A DNA stretch of 36,462 nt from Patescibacteria group bacterium (GCA_018813785.1 JAHJAU010000070.1:1-36462), one strand, 5' to 3'. Shown: positions 27,165 to 36,438, numbered from the stretch's first letter. Made by a program: numbers and translations. Notes: generated by a model from the letters alone, not told the origin.

Positions 27165-27193
27165 AAAATAACATAAAAAGTCGGATTAGTCAA
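27165..27193 (-). promoter_or_regulatory. Putative promoter of the non-coding region
   Basis: Minus strand TTGACT-N17-TATTTT with an extended TG; the predicted start near 27158 coincides with the first hairpin. Confidence 0.45.
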
Positions 27194-27208
27194 GATTGTG
27201 TTAGGTAC

Positions 27209-28321
27209 CCCCAATTCAATACATAACCGAACACTTCAGTGTAACATTGCCGATTAGGCATAACTGTAGTAATCATGTCAAAAAAGACGCATTTGAAGGA
27301 GTTCGAGAGGGAGAAGATCGAGTACTGGCTGAGGCTGGGGTTCGGCAACAACGAGATCGCCAGGAAGCTGGCTCGCAGCGGATCGTCAGTGTCCGACGAG
27401 ATCCGCCGCAACAGCAACCCAGACGGTAAGTATACGGCGGCGGATGCCCAGCGCCGAGCCGACCAGAGACGAGAGCGAAAGAAGGGTCGGAAGCTCGAAA
27501 GGGACGCCGTGCTACACGACTACGTAGTCTCCCTGCTCCGCGGCGACGGCATGCTACAGGGCTGGGCGCCGGACGCGATCGCCGGGCGGCTGAAGCACTA
27601 CCCAGAGCTGGTGCCGGAGGAGTTGCGGGGGAAGACCGTCTCGCACGAGGCGATATACCAGTACATATACGAAGGCGAGGGAAAGTGGGAGGCGCTGTAC
27701 CACCACCTGCCCAGGAAGCGCAGCCGCAGGAGGATCAAAGAGGGCAGGAAAACGCGTCAGCAGAGCAAAATACCGAACAGGGTGAGCATCCGGCTACGAC
27801 CGGCCGAAGTCAATGAGAGGAAGACGTTCGGCGACTGGGAAAGCGACACCTTCGAGGGTACGGGATCGGCGTGCGGATCTGTGCAGGTGGAGCGCAAGTC
27901 GAGGAAGATTCACCTGCACAGGACGGCGGACAAGACCAAGGAGGAGACCGAACGAGCCATCAGGCAGACCATCGAGTCATATCCGGAATACCTGCGGGGC
28001 GAGGCGTTCCGGACGATGACCCTCGACAACGGTGGCGAGGGCGCGAACCACGGGAAATTGAGGAGGGAATACGGCATCGACACCTACTTCTGCGACCCGT
28101 ACTGCTCGTGGCAGAAGGGCTCGGTGGAGAACGCCATCGGCCTCGTGCGGCTGAGGTTCATTCCAAAGAAAACAAATCTCTCGACCCTTTCGGATCGAGA
28201 GTTCATGCTCATGGAGGACTTCCTGAATGACATGCCCGGAAAGTCTCTCGGGCACCTTACGCCGAATGAGGTCGCGGCGCAATATTTGTGAGAGGTGTTC
28301 GGTTATTAGCTTGAATTTGGG
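27209..28321 (+). mobile_element. IS30-family insertion sequence
   Basis: Imperfect terminal inverted repeats CCCCAATTCAATACATAACCGAACAC and GTGTTCGGTTATTAGCTTGAATTTGGG around a transposase; GC-richer than the flanks; no clear target-site duplication. Confidence 0.88.
27275..28291 (+). CDS. IS30-family DDE transposase
   Basis: N-terminal HTH (IARKLARS.SSVSDEIRRN), VSHEAIYQYIY, FGDWESDT, TLDNG.E and YFCDPYCSWQKGSVEN. Confidence 0.93.
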   Translation: MSKKTHLKEFEREKIEYWLRLGFGNNEIARKLARSGSSVSDEIRRNSNPDGKYTAADAQRRADQRRERKKGRKLERDAVLHDYVVSLLRGDGMLQGWAPDAIAGRLKHYPELVPEELRGKTVSHEAIYQYIYEGEGKWEALYHHLPRKRSRRRIKEGRKTRQQSKIPNRVSIRLRPAEVNERKTFGDWESDTFEGTGSACGSVQVERKSRKIHLHRTADKTKEETERAIRQTIESYPEYLRGEAFRTMTLDNGGEGANHGKLRREYGIDTYFCDPYCSWQKGSVENAIGLVRLRFIPKKTNLSTLSDREFMLMEDFLNDMPGKSLGHLTPNEVAAQYL

Positions 28322-28457
28322 AATGTCAAAGGTAAGCTAAAAACTGACACCCCCCCAACCAGGATTTATATGTTATGGTATATGAGTTGACTTAAATAAA
28401 GACTCAAATCGTTGCTAACGATCGACGAGTCCGCTCTTTAAAAGATCGAGGTGTGTT

Positions 28458-28904
28458 TTGATTACAGAACTCAAAGAGTTGCTCGATGAGGTGGCGGCTA
28501 TTCCAGATGATCAAATTGAGGAGCCGAGCTTGAAGATTGCTCCAGAACATTTTGTGGTCGGTCGAATCGACGATCTAAAACTACGGCGCATTTTTACCGC
28601 CTATACACGTCGAGTTCGCGAACTGAGTCAATTGCATCAAGCGGTTCGTGGACCAATGTTAGTAGCGCGAAATATCCCTACTACAATCCAGACTAAAATG
28701 ATCGAATTACAGGACGAGCTGGATCTACTACGACAAATTTTTTTCTATGCTCTTAGCAAACGATTTGGTTTGTTCGGGCGACCGTTTATTCATGTTCACG
28801 TTGGCTGGCTGGTCAGTTGGTCGAATCGATCAACATCAACTCCGGCCTGCTCCGGTTCAGAAACGACGTTCGACAATGATAACAATGATCAAAACACCAA
28901 CTAA
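28458..28904 (+). CDS. Hypothetical protein, paralog 1 of 3
   Basis: GAGG RBS before TTG; shares ELK.LL.EV..IP, L+R+.TA, LL+.+FFY.L.KR and GW...W with the next gene; followed by a terminator (28917-28938). Confidence 0.75.
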   Translation: MITELKELLDEVAAIPDDQIEEPSLKIAPEHFVVGRIDDLKLRRIFTAYTRRVRELSQLHQAVRGPMLVARNIPTTIQTKMIELQDELDLLRQIFFYALSKRFGLFGRPFIHVHVGWLVSWSNRSTSTPACSGSETTFDNDNNDQNTN

Positions 28905-29045
28905 ATCTTAAAACTATCGGGTTTTGCCCGATTTTTTTATTGAGTTACAGCCAACACTAAAACTAAACCCCGAAGCCTTGAATGAATTGACGATGTTCAG
29001 CCGCCATGTTAAAAAGCGGAAGGTGAAGTAAGCATACTTTGCTAC

Positions 29046-29522
29046 ATGGAGGTTCACTTGCCCAAACACAGAGATTTTGCCGAACTCAAAGACCTGCTGG
29101 CTGAGGTGCAAAAAATTCCCCTCAGTGAGGTGGTCGATATACCGTACGACCTTGAGGAGGGTCAGCATGCTTTCGCCACAGTGAAACACGCTGATCTCAA
29201 GCGACTCTACACGGCACAAGTAGAACGCATACAACGAGTGAAAAAATTACGCGTTCAATTACCGGAAAAACTGGCGGGTGATCCGAAGATCGCTGAAACA
29301 CTGATCGATCAAATAGAGAACGCGGCGCAAGAGGTCGAACTTCTGAAGCATCTATTCTTCTACTTGTTGCTGAAACGCTACGCACCACCCTCATATGAAA
29401 CGATCGGTGTCGCCCGTGGCTGGCAAATCTACTGGGAAGGGCCCAGGGCAAACGAAGAACTGTTCAGCCTGATCACCTTCTCTAACCTTGATAATCCGGA
29501 CGGCACAGAAGACCCGGATTAA
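29046..29522 (+). CDS. Hypothetical protein, paralog 2 of 3
   Basis: Same motif pattern; start may instead be TTG at 29058 after GGAGG; followed by a terminator (about 29544-29568). Confidence 0.75.
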   Translation: MEVHLPKHRDFAELKDLLAEVQKIPLSEVVDIPYDLEEGQHAFATVKHADLKRLYTAQVERIQRVKKLRVQLPEKLAGDPKIAETLIDQIENAAQEVELLKHLFFYLLLKRYAPPSYETIGVARGWQIYWEGPRANEELFSLITFSNLDNPDGTEDPD

Positions 29523-29616
29523 ACCTCTCGGACCAATCATCTCGCGCTGAGTTTATTAGCGCTTTTTTATTATTTTTTAACTATACTGAATAAGCACCTT
29601 TGCTTCGGAGTCTAAA

Positions 29617-30051
29617 ATGAAAAAATGTTTGATCGAAATTATTGGACAGCTGGAACGTGTCAGTCCAGAGGATCTCAAACTGTTTGCCCCACGTTTACCG
29701 ATCGGCCCAAAAGACGATGTGTTCGGCGAGTTGAACTCTGAACTTCGTCCGCTGTATGTGGTCGGACTGCAATTACAGCGCCTGATCGGACTCATCGAAA
29801 ATCTGGCCACCGACGAAGCACAGTTCGAGGATGTTCTGCCCGAGTTACGCCAACGGGCCACGGTGGTCAATGCCCTATTCTGGATCGCAGTCGCCGAGAA
29901 CTTCCCGCGTTTCCGCGATGGTGATATGGCGGTGATATTCAAAAACTGGCTCGTCGGACGACGTTGCGACTCTGTGGCCGGAGAAAAAATATTGGGTAGT
30001 AGTCAACAATTCACCTTTTCCAATTTCGGTGGCAATGGTATTGATGCCTGA
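29617..30051 (+). CDS. Hypothetical protein, more distant paralog 3 of 3
   Basis: GGAG RBS; V.G.+..LR.LY ... LFW.....F ... W.V pattern parallels the two upstream genes; terminator at about 30101-30123. Confidence 0.7.
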   Translation: MKKCLIEIIGQLERVSPEDLKLFAPRLPIGPKDDVFGELNSELRPLYVVGLQLQRLIGLIENLATDEAQFEDVLPELRQRATVVNALFWIAVAENFPRFRDGDMAVIFKNWLVGRRCDSVAGEKILGSSQQFTFSNFGGNGIDA

Positions 30052-30229
30052 GACTATGAAAAGAACGTCTGCCTACCGCGCCAACACCTTGTCAAAAACA
30101 AGCCGTCAACTTTGACGGTTTTTATTATCCAACAAAATCTAGAGACTATTTTAACTAAAAAGTGTCGGAGACTTTAATAACCTAGACATAACTTTCTCCA
30201 CCCGCTACCTTAGCGACGAGGAGAATCAA

Positions 30230-30829
30230 ATGAATGCAACGATCTTTTCCGTGGATGTTGAGGCTACAGGTCGAACACCGGCCAGTGCCAGCCTGTTGTC
30301 GATTGGTGCCTGTGTTGTAGGTAGCGAACACGAATGTTTTTACTGCGAGCTGCAACCGATCAATGATGGTTATCTGGTCGAGGCGATGCGCATCGGTTGC
30401 CTGGGTCTTAGTTGTTTGCCAAAACGAATTGGCTTTGATCCCAGCAAACCATCGTTTCGTCCGGACTTGGTTTTGCAGCTGATGCGGAAAAACGGCCAGG
30501 ATACAGCGAACGCTATCCCTGAATTTTGCCGCTGGGTCAAAACTGTGGCCGGCAATACTGCAGCCATCTTTGCTAGTGACAATCCGGTCTTTGATGGTCT
30601 GTGGGTGTTCTATTATATTGATCGCTTTTCTGCGGATCCGAATCCGTTCGGTCACAGCGGCCTGTCACTCAACTCAGTGGCCAAAGGCGCGGCCGGAAAT
30701 TTACGCACTACCATGAAAAGAATGATGCGAGTTAAACAGCGGGGCGTAAAGCACAATGCGCTCGATGATGCTCGACATAATGCCAGGCTATTTGAAATCT
30801 TGGCCGAGCGATATCAAATCAAACTTTGA
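30230..30829 (+). CDS. DEDDh 3'-5' exonuclease (RNase AS/DnaQ-like)
   Basis: Exo I SVDVEATG, Exo II DNPVFD, Exo III HNALDDA; GAGGAG RBS; terminator at 30832-30859. Confidence 0.85.
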   Translation: MNATIFSVDVEATGRTPASASLLSIGACVVGSEHECFYCELQPINDGYLVEAMRIGCLGLSCLPKRIGFDPSKPSFRPDLVLQLMRKNGQDTANAIPEFCRWVKTVAGNTAAIFASDNPVFDGLWVFYYIDRFSADPNPFGHSGLSLNSVAKGAAGNLRTTMKRMMRVKQRGVKHNALDDARHNARLFEILAERYQIKL

Positions 30830-30982
30830 TTAAACACCAGCGCTGTCTGGTGTTTTTTTATTCATCAGACAAAGATAACTTGGCGTCTAGCCTGACCAAT
30901 TTAGACTGCTGGCATGAAACAAAATTTTAACTAGACAAAAAACCGCGCCGAAGCACGGTCTTTTATATTCTGGTCGCCGAAT

Positions 30983-31264
30983 CTACAATACAGCTTCTTT
31001 AGTCGGCTTAGAAACACGAAACTTCACAACGGTTTTAGCTGGAATTTTGATCGCTTCACCGGTAGCCGGGTTTCGACCCATACGAGCAGCGCGCTGTTGT
31101 CTGATCAGCTTGCCGATGTTCATCAATGGGAACTCACCGTTCTTTTTAACCTCGGAGAGAGCCATTGCCTCGTACATCTCGAGAAATTCCTTAATTTCCT
31201 TTCTTGGCTTTTCGGCCTTTTCGGCCAGCGCAGCAATAACCTGCGTTTTGGTCATCTTCGCCAT
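30983..31264 (-). CDS. hup: HU family DNA-binding protein
   Basis: MTKTQVI..LAEK, IGKL and RAARMGRNPATGEAIKIPAKTVVKFR. Confidence 0.95.
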   Translation of the reverse strand: MAKMTKTQVIAALAEKAEKPRKEIKEFLEMYEAMALSEVKKNGEFPLMNIGKLIRQQRAARMGRNPATGEAIKIPAKTVVKFRVSKPTKEAVL

Positions 31265-31491
31265 AGCGATATAAACTTTATTATGAATAACACCACTTAT
31301 AGATAAACGATTTAAGGCTAGCTGTGAAGGGGATAAGCTCTAAAGATATTCACAGGTAAAAATCTGAATCAATTTCTAATAACAATAATCCGATCAGCTA
31401 GCCAATTATTCCACGAAAGACCAGTTGCGATTTTATTGAACGACAGCTAACCTATAGCTGTTCCTTTTAATAAAAAGAAAGGCGGAGGCAA

Positions 31492-32394
31492 ATGACGGCT
31501 CCCAAAAACTCGTCAGCCGTCCGCTGGGCGGATCGCATTCTAATCAGTGGTGCCGTAGAAAATGAAGCGGATAAAATCAGACGCCGCTTGGCTGGCTCAT
31601 TATCCGATTGTTATGGTGTGGCAGGCCAGGAGTTGCGTAAAACTGCTTTTGAGTTGCAGGCTATTCAGCAAATCTCTGGTCTCCTGAATGTTATGGCCAA
31701 TTCAATGCAACTGACGCCGCGTGGTATCACATCGGCCCGAGTTCATTTGTTACAACCCAATGACTATCGTTTGTTCTTAGGTGATGAAGATAATGCGCGA
31801 ACTGTCCTGGGGCACACTTACATCGCACATACAACTGATAAAGTGGCTAAGATGTTTCTACTGACCCATGAGCTGGCTCATCTGGCTTCCTATTTGTGTC
31901 TACAAGTCAACGTCACACCGCGAGCTATTCACGTTACCTGGAAAAAATCTGGCTATAGAATGCAGGGTCAAAGAGGTAATCAATTCACCGGACTAAATGA
32001 AGCAGTAGCGGAGATTGTTGCAGGTTTGATTCGAGAGATAATCGTACGGCGCAGCGGCCTGCTAAATACTCCACAAAAAAAAGATCTGACCAGTAAATAC
32101 CTCTATGCACCCCAAGTACGGATAGTTCAGTGTCTGGTAGATCGAATTGCCAAACATGAGAATTGCGATGATGCTAATGCACTACTCGATGCAATTCGTG
32201 GATTCTTATCTGGCGGCGTTTCGTTTCTGCGACGAGCCAACCGAGCCGTGCCTGGTGCAGCAGCTATCCTGCGCGCCATGAATAACCAGCCGGAATCAGT
32301 GCTAATCGCGGCTTATGCTCTGGGCATGACCGATATCTATACCGAAATCAACGATGTTCTGCGCTCGCAAAACATCTTCGATATCGAAATCTAA
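31492..32394 (+). CDS. Putative zinc metallopeptidase-like protein (HExxH plus downstream E)
   Basis: THELAH and GLNEAVAE (gluzincin-like third ligand); GGAGG RBS. Confidence 0.7.
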   Translation: MTAPKNSSAVRWADRILISGAVENEADKIRRRLAGSLSDCYGVAGQELRKTAFELQAIQQISGLLNVMANSMQLTPRGITSARVHLLQPNDYRLFLGDEDNARTVLGHTYIAHTTDKVAKMFLLTHELAHLASYLCLQVNVTPRAIHVTWKKSGYRMQGQRGNQFTGLNEAVAEIVAGLIREIIVRRSGLLNTPQKKDLTSKYLYAPQVRIVQCLVDRIAKHENCDDANALLDAIRGFLSGGVSFLRRANRAVPGAAAILRAMNNQPESVLIAAYALGMTDIYTEINDVLRSQNIFDIEI

Positions 32395-32513
32395 AAAAGA
32401 CTCAGCTTAACGCCGGGTCATTTTTTTACAAAATGCTTTCTGATTTCAAGCCAAATTTTGCGATCAATAAAACACGTGCTAAGGTGGTCAGACCCTTTCA
32501 AAAGGAGCTGAAG

Positions 32514-33500
32514 ATGGCAAGGCAAACCGATATTTCGGTTAAGAACGGTCGCGTTTCGCGGCCACGTACTGTCGAACCACCGTTCGTAATACGAGTTCAG
32601 GGCATCGAAGGGCCGCCGCGTCGGGTGGTCGAACAGGATTTTCGTCAGAAATTGTTGAGCGGTCATTACGCCCAGAGAAATTTTTACGAGGAACCCAAGA
32701 CACGGTTTGATCGGGCGTTGATTCATGCCTCGATTCGGGCACTTAACGCAGTGCGTGGAAACCTTGGTCTAGAACCAATCGCCTTACCTCTCGAACATTT
32801 TCATCTTTTGTCGGAGGATGAATATATTCAAATGTTTGAGGGGGCGGCCGAGACCGGCGGATTGACGGCCTTCCGTGAAATGTATATCCGACACTGTTCA
32901 CGGCGTGCTGATCTAGCCAGGCGCATTACGCACGAACTGGCGCATGCAGCCTGTTTTCATCAGTACACGGTTGCGGCGCAAATAGTCGAGCCCAATGATC
33001 AAGACTGCGAAGCACTGGAAGATGATGACGACAATGAAGAAGATTGTGGCGGAGTGCTGATCAAATCAATCCGACATGATCGAAGTGGGTTGCAACTAGC
33101 AGGCAAAAAATTCCAAGGGCTGGATGAAGCGATAACAGAAATCCTGGCCTCCTTGATCCGTAGCCGTATGATTGCCGATCGCCATCCACTAAGTAAAGCA
33201 GCGGTTGAAGAATTGACAACTTACTGCTCCTATTTGCCTCAAATAAGCGTCATCTTTCGTGTTATCAGTGACCTGTATGAGAAGAGGGAAGTTGGTCTGG
33301 CTGTCCTGATCTGGGACTATCTGACTGGCAGTAACGATTTTTGCCGACGTCTGCGACGCAGGGATCGACAAATGCACGACCTGATTCGGCAGATGGGTGA
33401 CGAGCCGGAAGACGCTCTTCGAACTGCGCTGGCTCTCGGATATTGCGAGGAGGCAGAAGAAATCGCCGAAGATTTTTCTGACACTCCTGATGAAGAATGA
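32514..33500 (+). CDS. Putative zinc metallopeptidase-like protein, paralog of 31492..32394, with an acidic insertion
   Basis: THELAH, GLDEAITE, Y.PQ and M...PE..L..A.ALG shared with the upstream gene; AAGGAG RBS before ATG at 32514. Confidence 0.7.
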   Translation: MARQTDISVKNGRVSRPRTVEPPFVIRVQGIEGPPRRVVEQDFRQKLLSGHYAQRNFYEEPKTRFDRALIHASIRALNAVRGNLGLEPIALPLEHFHLLSEDEYIQMFEGAAETGGLTAFREMYIRHCSRRADLARRITHELAHAACFHQYTVAAQIVEPNDQDCEALEDDDDNEEDCGGVLIKSIRHDRSGLQLAGKKFQGLDEAITEILASLIRSRMIADRHPLSKAAVEELTTYCSYLPQISVIFRVISDLYEKREVGLAVLIWDYLTGSNDFCRRLRRRDRQMHDLIRQMGDEPEDALRTALALGYCEEAEEIAEDFSDTPDEE

Positions 33501-33650
33501 AAATACGAGAGACTAACGGCCGCCTGGCCGTTTTTTATTATTTTCGCCATTTTTTAGTTAACTACTGCTTTTACAAGAGATAGAGAAATCTAGTTAGAAC
33601 CTGTTAATTTCTTACGTCGGCAACTAACTTCGCCGAACATAGAGGATTAA

Positions 33651-34187
33651 ATGGCAGCTCCTTTCCAGCCCCCACCCGAGCCAATCAGCAAGTCAGACGA
33701 CGATCCAAAGTCTGGGTCAAATCGCCGCCGAAGGACGATCGGCGATATGTTCCTCTGGCTTTTGATTACGGTTGTCGCGATCTTCGTCATGTCTTCGATG
33801 GCTCTCTCCGTGTATGTGCATCACAATATCCGCACCAGCGGCAATGGTCAGGGCTCCTACCCACTGACCAATTCCATCGAGCTGATCAACAGCTACGACA
33901 GATTCGTACCGGTCGGCCAGGAAACCTACTGTTACGCCGAACGAGATGGCGCCAGCTTGCATCTGCTGGAACAGATCGAAGACCATGTCCTGGTCGAGTA
34001 TCGCACGCCAGTGGTGACAGAGTCTAGACTCTGGATCTACTGCTCCAACGGTATTCAAATCGTCATGACTCTTCGTGATTGGAACCGAAATGTCCGAGTC
34101 AATCAGTGGATGGCAGAGCAGCAGACCGCCGAGGCTCGGGCCGAACGTCGACGCCTGGAAATCGAACGACGCCTGCTGAACCGGTAA
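33651..34187 (+). CDS. Hypothetical single-pass membrane protein
   Basis: GAGG RBS; basic patch, TM helix, Cys-containing domain, charged helix; terminator at about 34231-34254. Confidence 0.7.
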   Translation: MAAPFQPPPEPISKSDDDPKSGSNRRRRTIGDMFLWLLITVVAIFVMSSMALSVYVHHNIRTSGNGQGSYPLTNSIELINSYDRFVPVGQETYCYAERDGASLHLLEQIEDHVLVEYRTPVVTESRLWIYCSNGIQIVMTLRDWNRNVRVNQWMAEQQTAEARAERRRLEIERRLLNR

Positions 34188-34356
34188 TCGGCGCCGGCCA
34201 GCCCTGGCCCGATGCTCAAACCACAACCGCGACGCAACTCTGCGTCGTTTTTTTATTGCTCGGCAAACATAACGAATCGAAACTTATTGGAACTCAATTG
34301 ACAGCATTAAACAACGAGATTAAGATGCCTCGATGTTCCTTAATAAGGAGATTGAG

Positions 34357-34971
34357 ATGCTGATAGTCGGACTCACTGGCGGTATTGGTTGCGGAAAAAG
34401 TACGGTTCGTGAACTGCTGGAGCGGTTCATTGACACTCGGACATTCGATTGTGATGAGATCAGTAAACGTATTCTGTTCTCGCCGGACTTTGTGCCGGTT
34501 GCCGAACGCATTCTGGGGCGAAGCGCTTTCATCGATGGTCAGCCTGACACTAAGCGCATCGCTCAAATTATCTTCGGAGATGCCGAACGTAAAACCCGAT
34601 TCGAACGCCTGTTGCACCCACTGGTACGCCAAGCAATGAAGGTGGCTAAGGAACAAGCTGAGCAAGATGGTATCAAACTGTTTGTCGTGGAATCAGCCAT
34701 TATGTTCGAAAGCCGACTCAGCGACCTATGCGATGTGACGGTCTGTGCGACCTGTGGCGCGGAGGAGCAGTTGCGACGCCTGACGGCCATTCGCCAAATG
34801 ACAATCGAAGAAATTCAGGCGCGTCAGGCACAACAAATGCCTGACAGCGAACGTCAACTGCAGGCGAACATCCTTATCGGCACAGACTGTTCATTGGAGG
34901 CATTGCGTCGACGAGTCGGACATCTGCATACTTATCTGATTGATCTGGAGCTTCGTTTCAGCGCCCATTAG
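34357..34971 (+). CDS. coaE: Dephospho-CoA kinase
   Basis: IVGLTGGIGCGKST P-loop, FDCD, IF.D..R..E.LLHP, FE, Q.RRL..R and QMP; AAGGAG RBS. Confidence 0.92.
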   Translation: MLIVGLTGGIGCGKSTVRELLERFIDTRTFDCDEISKRILFSPDFVPVAERILGRSAFIDGQPDTKRIAQIIFGDAERKTRFERLLHPLVRQAMKVAKEQAEQDGIKLFVVESAIMFESRLSDLCDVTVCATCGAEEQLRRLTAIRQMTIEEIQARQAQQMPDSERQLQANILIGTDCSLEALRRRVGHLHTYLIDLELRFSAH

Positions 34972-34983
34972 GAGGTAAAAAAA

Positions 34984-35565
34984 ATGAACCGAATCAACGA
35001 ACCTCATCTGGAAATCCTGTTGCGCTCACGCTATGGCGAGCCGTGGCGGCACTATCATGACTGGGATCATGTGCGGCGCGTGCTACAGGAGTTTTCCCAA
35101 GTCCGGCACTTGGTCGGCCAACCAGCCCAGCAGGTAATCGTCTGGGCAATCAAGTTTCACGATGCTGTCTACGAACCAACCGCGCAAAACAACGAAGAGC
35201 GAAGTACTCAACTAGCTTATGCTTTTCTTGGACCGTTTCTGCCGTCCAACAAGGTACAAGAAGTGTGTCGTCTGATCAAGCTGACCAAACATCACAATCC
35301 AAAACCAGACGACATCAACGGTTGCATTATCTGTGACCTCGACCTGGCGGTAATGGGTTGGACGTGGTCAGAATTCAATCGTTTCGGTCAGCTCATCCGG
35401 TCGGAATACCGACATGTTCCAGAAGCTGACTTCCGCCGCGCTCGCCGCGAATTTATGGCCGCTTTTCTGCAGCGCCCTCATATCTTCAACCTTCCTTATT
35501 TCCATGATAAGTACGAGCAGCAAGCGCAGGAGAATCTGCGCCGAACAGTAGCTCTGCTGAGCTAA
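34984..35565 (+). CDS. HD-superfamily metal-dependent phosphohydrolase (COG4339-like)
   Basis: Y.EP.RHYH...H, FHDAVY.P..NEE.S, DLDLA, IRSEY..VP..F...R and A.EN; AGGAGG RBS; 12 nt after coaE. Confidence 0.85.
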   Translation: MNRINEPHLEILLRSRYGEPWRHYHDWDHVRRVLQEFSQVRHLVGQPAQQVIVWAIKFHDAVYEPTAQNNEERSTQLAYAFLGPFLPSNKVQEVCRLIKLTKHHNPKPDDINGCIICDLDLAVMGWTWSEFNRFGQLIRSEYRHVPEADFRRARREFMAAFLQRPHIFNLPYFHDKYEQQAQENLRRTVALLS

Positions 35566-35674
35566 CTTCAACACCCCCCAGGCGGGGTGTTCTTTTTATA
35601 AAAACTGTCTAACACTTTTTGATTGCTGTTTCCGGCGCTTGTGCTAACGTGGAATCAGTCAAGGAGGTTTGAAG

Positions 35675-36241
35675 ATGAATCGATCTTTGACCTACATTGG
35701 AACGTTGTTGATTTTGTGGCTGACAGCATGTGCTCATCATTCAGGTGCGGTGAACGGTCAGTCTCCGCTGCCTAACATCAACCAACGGGTCGCCCCCATG
35801 CCGGTTCGAATTCCAGCCGGTTTTCAGGTTTCTGTTCCGGCCGGCTGGCACTTTTCGCCCGAAGGTCGCGGTTCGCGACCAACTCTTGAAGGACCCGGAG
35901 GAACCCGAGTTATCCTTCAGGTTGTACCGACCGCGGGACACACGCCACAAAGTGTTGTTGATTACTTTTTCCATGAACAATTAGGTGAGATGGTTCAGGA
36001 TCAAACACTAGAAATTCTTCGAGTGGCTTCTCTACCGATTGAAACCGGCGATCTCCATTATCTGGAAACTCGTAGCACTCGCTGGAATGATTCCTATACA
36101 ACCATCTATGCCTGTCGAACGCTCGACGAAAATTATCTGCTGACCGGAATCGGAATTTGGCCAAGCAACCACAATGCCGGACTGTTGCGACAAATGGCTG
36201 ATATTATGGCCAGCGTTCATATCACTGAGCAACTCCAATAA
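35675..36241 (+). CDS. Putative lipoprotein
   Basis: AAGGAGG RBS; signal peptide with LTAC lipobox; F.V.VP.GW motif seen in PsbP/Mog1-like folds (inference). Confidence 0.72.
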   Translation: MNRSLTYIGTLLILWLTACAHHSGAVNGQSPLPNINQRVAPMPVRIPAGFQVSVPAGWHFSPEGRGSRPTLEGPGGTRVILQVVPTAGHTPQSVVDYFFHEQLGEMVQDQTLEILRVASLPIETGDLHYLETRSTRWNDSYTTIYACRTLDENYLLTGIGIWPSNHNAGLLRQMADIMASVHITEQLQ

Positions 36242-36264
36242 ACAACTGACTTAATCGAGCTCTC

Positions 36265-36438
36265 AAAGCCGCCCTCCTGGACGGTTTTCTTTTAAAGAAG
36301 TACCTGTCACCCTCGACAGGTAAAAGGGACAGGTAGACCTTCAAATCTATTTTCGAAACCGCCCCTCTGGGCATTTTTCTTTTAACTAGGTGCCTGTCAC
36401 CCTCGACAGGCACGGGGGACAGGTAGACCTTCAAATCT
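36265..36438. repeat. Two diverged ~90 bp tandem units containing REP-like element family A
   Basis: T(A/G)CCTGTCACCCTCGACAGG...GGGACAGGTAGACCTTCAAATCT at 36301 and 36391; reverse complement of the core at 14196 and 14285. Confidence 0.85.

Noticed and set aside
21143-30051. Prophage or integrative element
   Set aside because: No integrase, terminase, capsid, replication or conjugation genes and no att-like repeats were seen.
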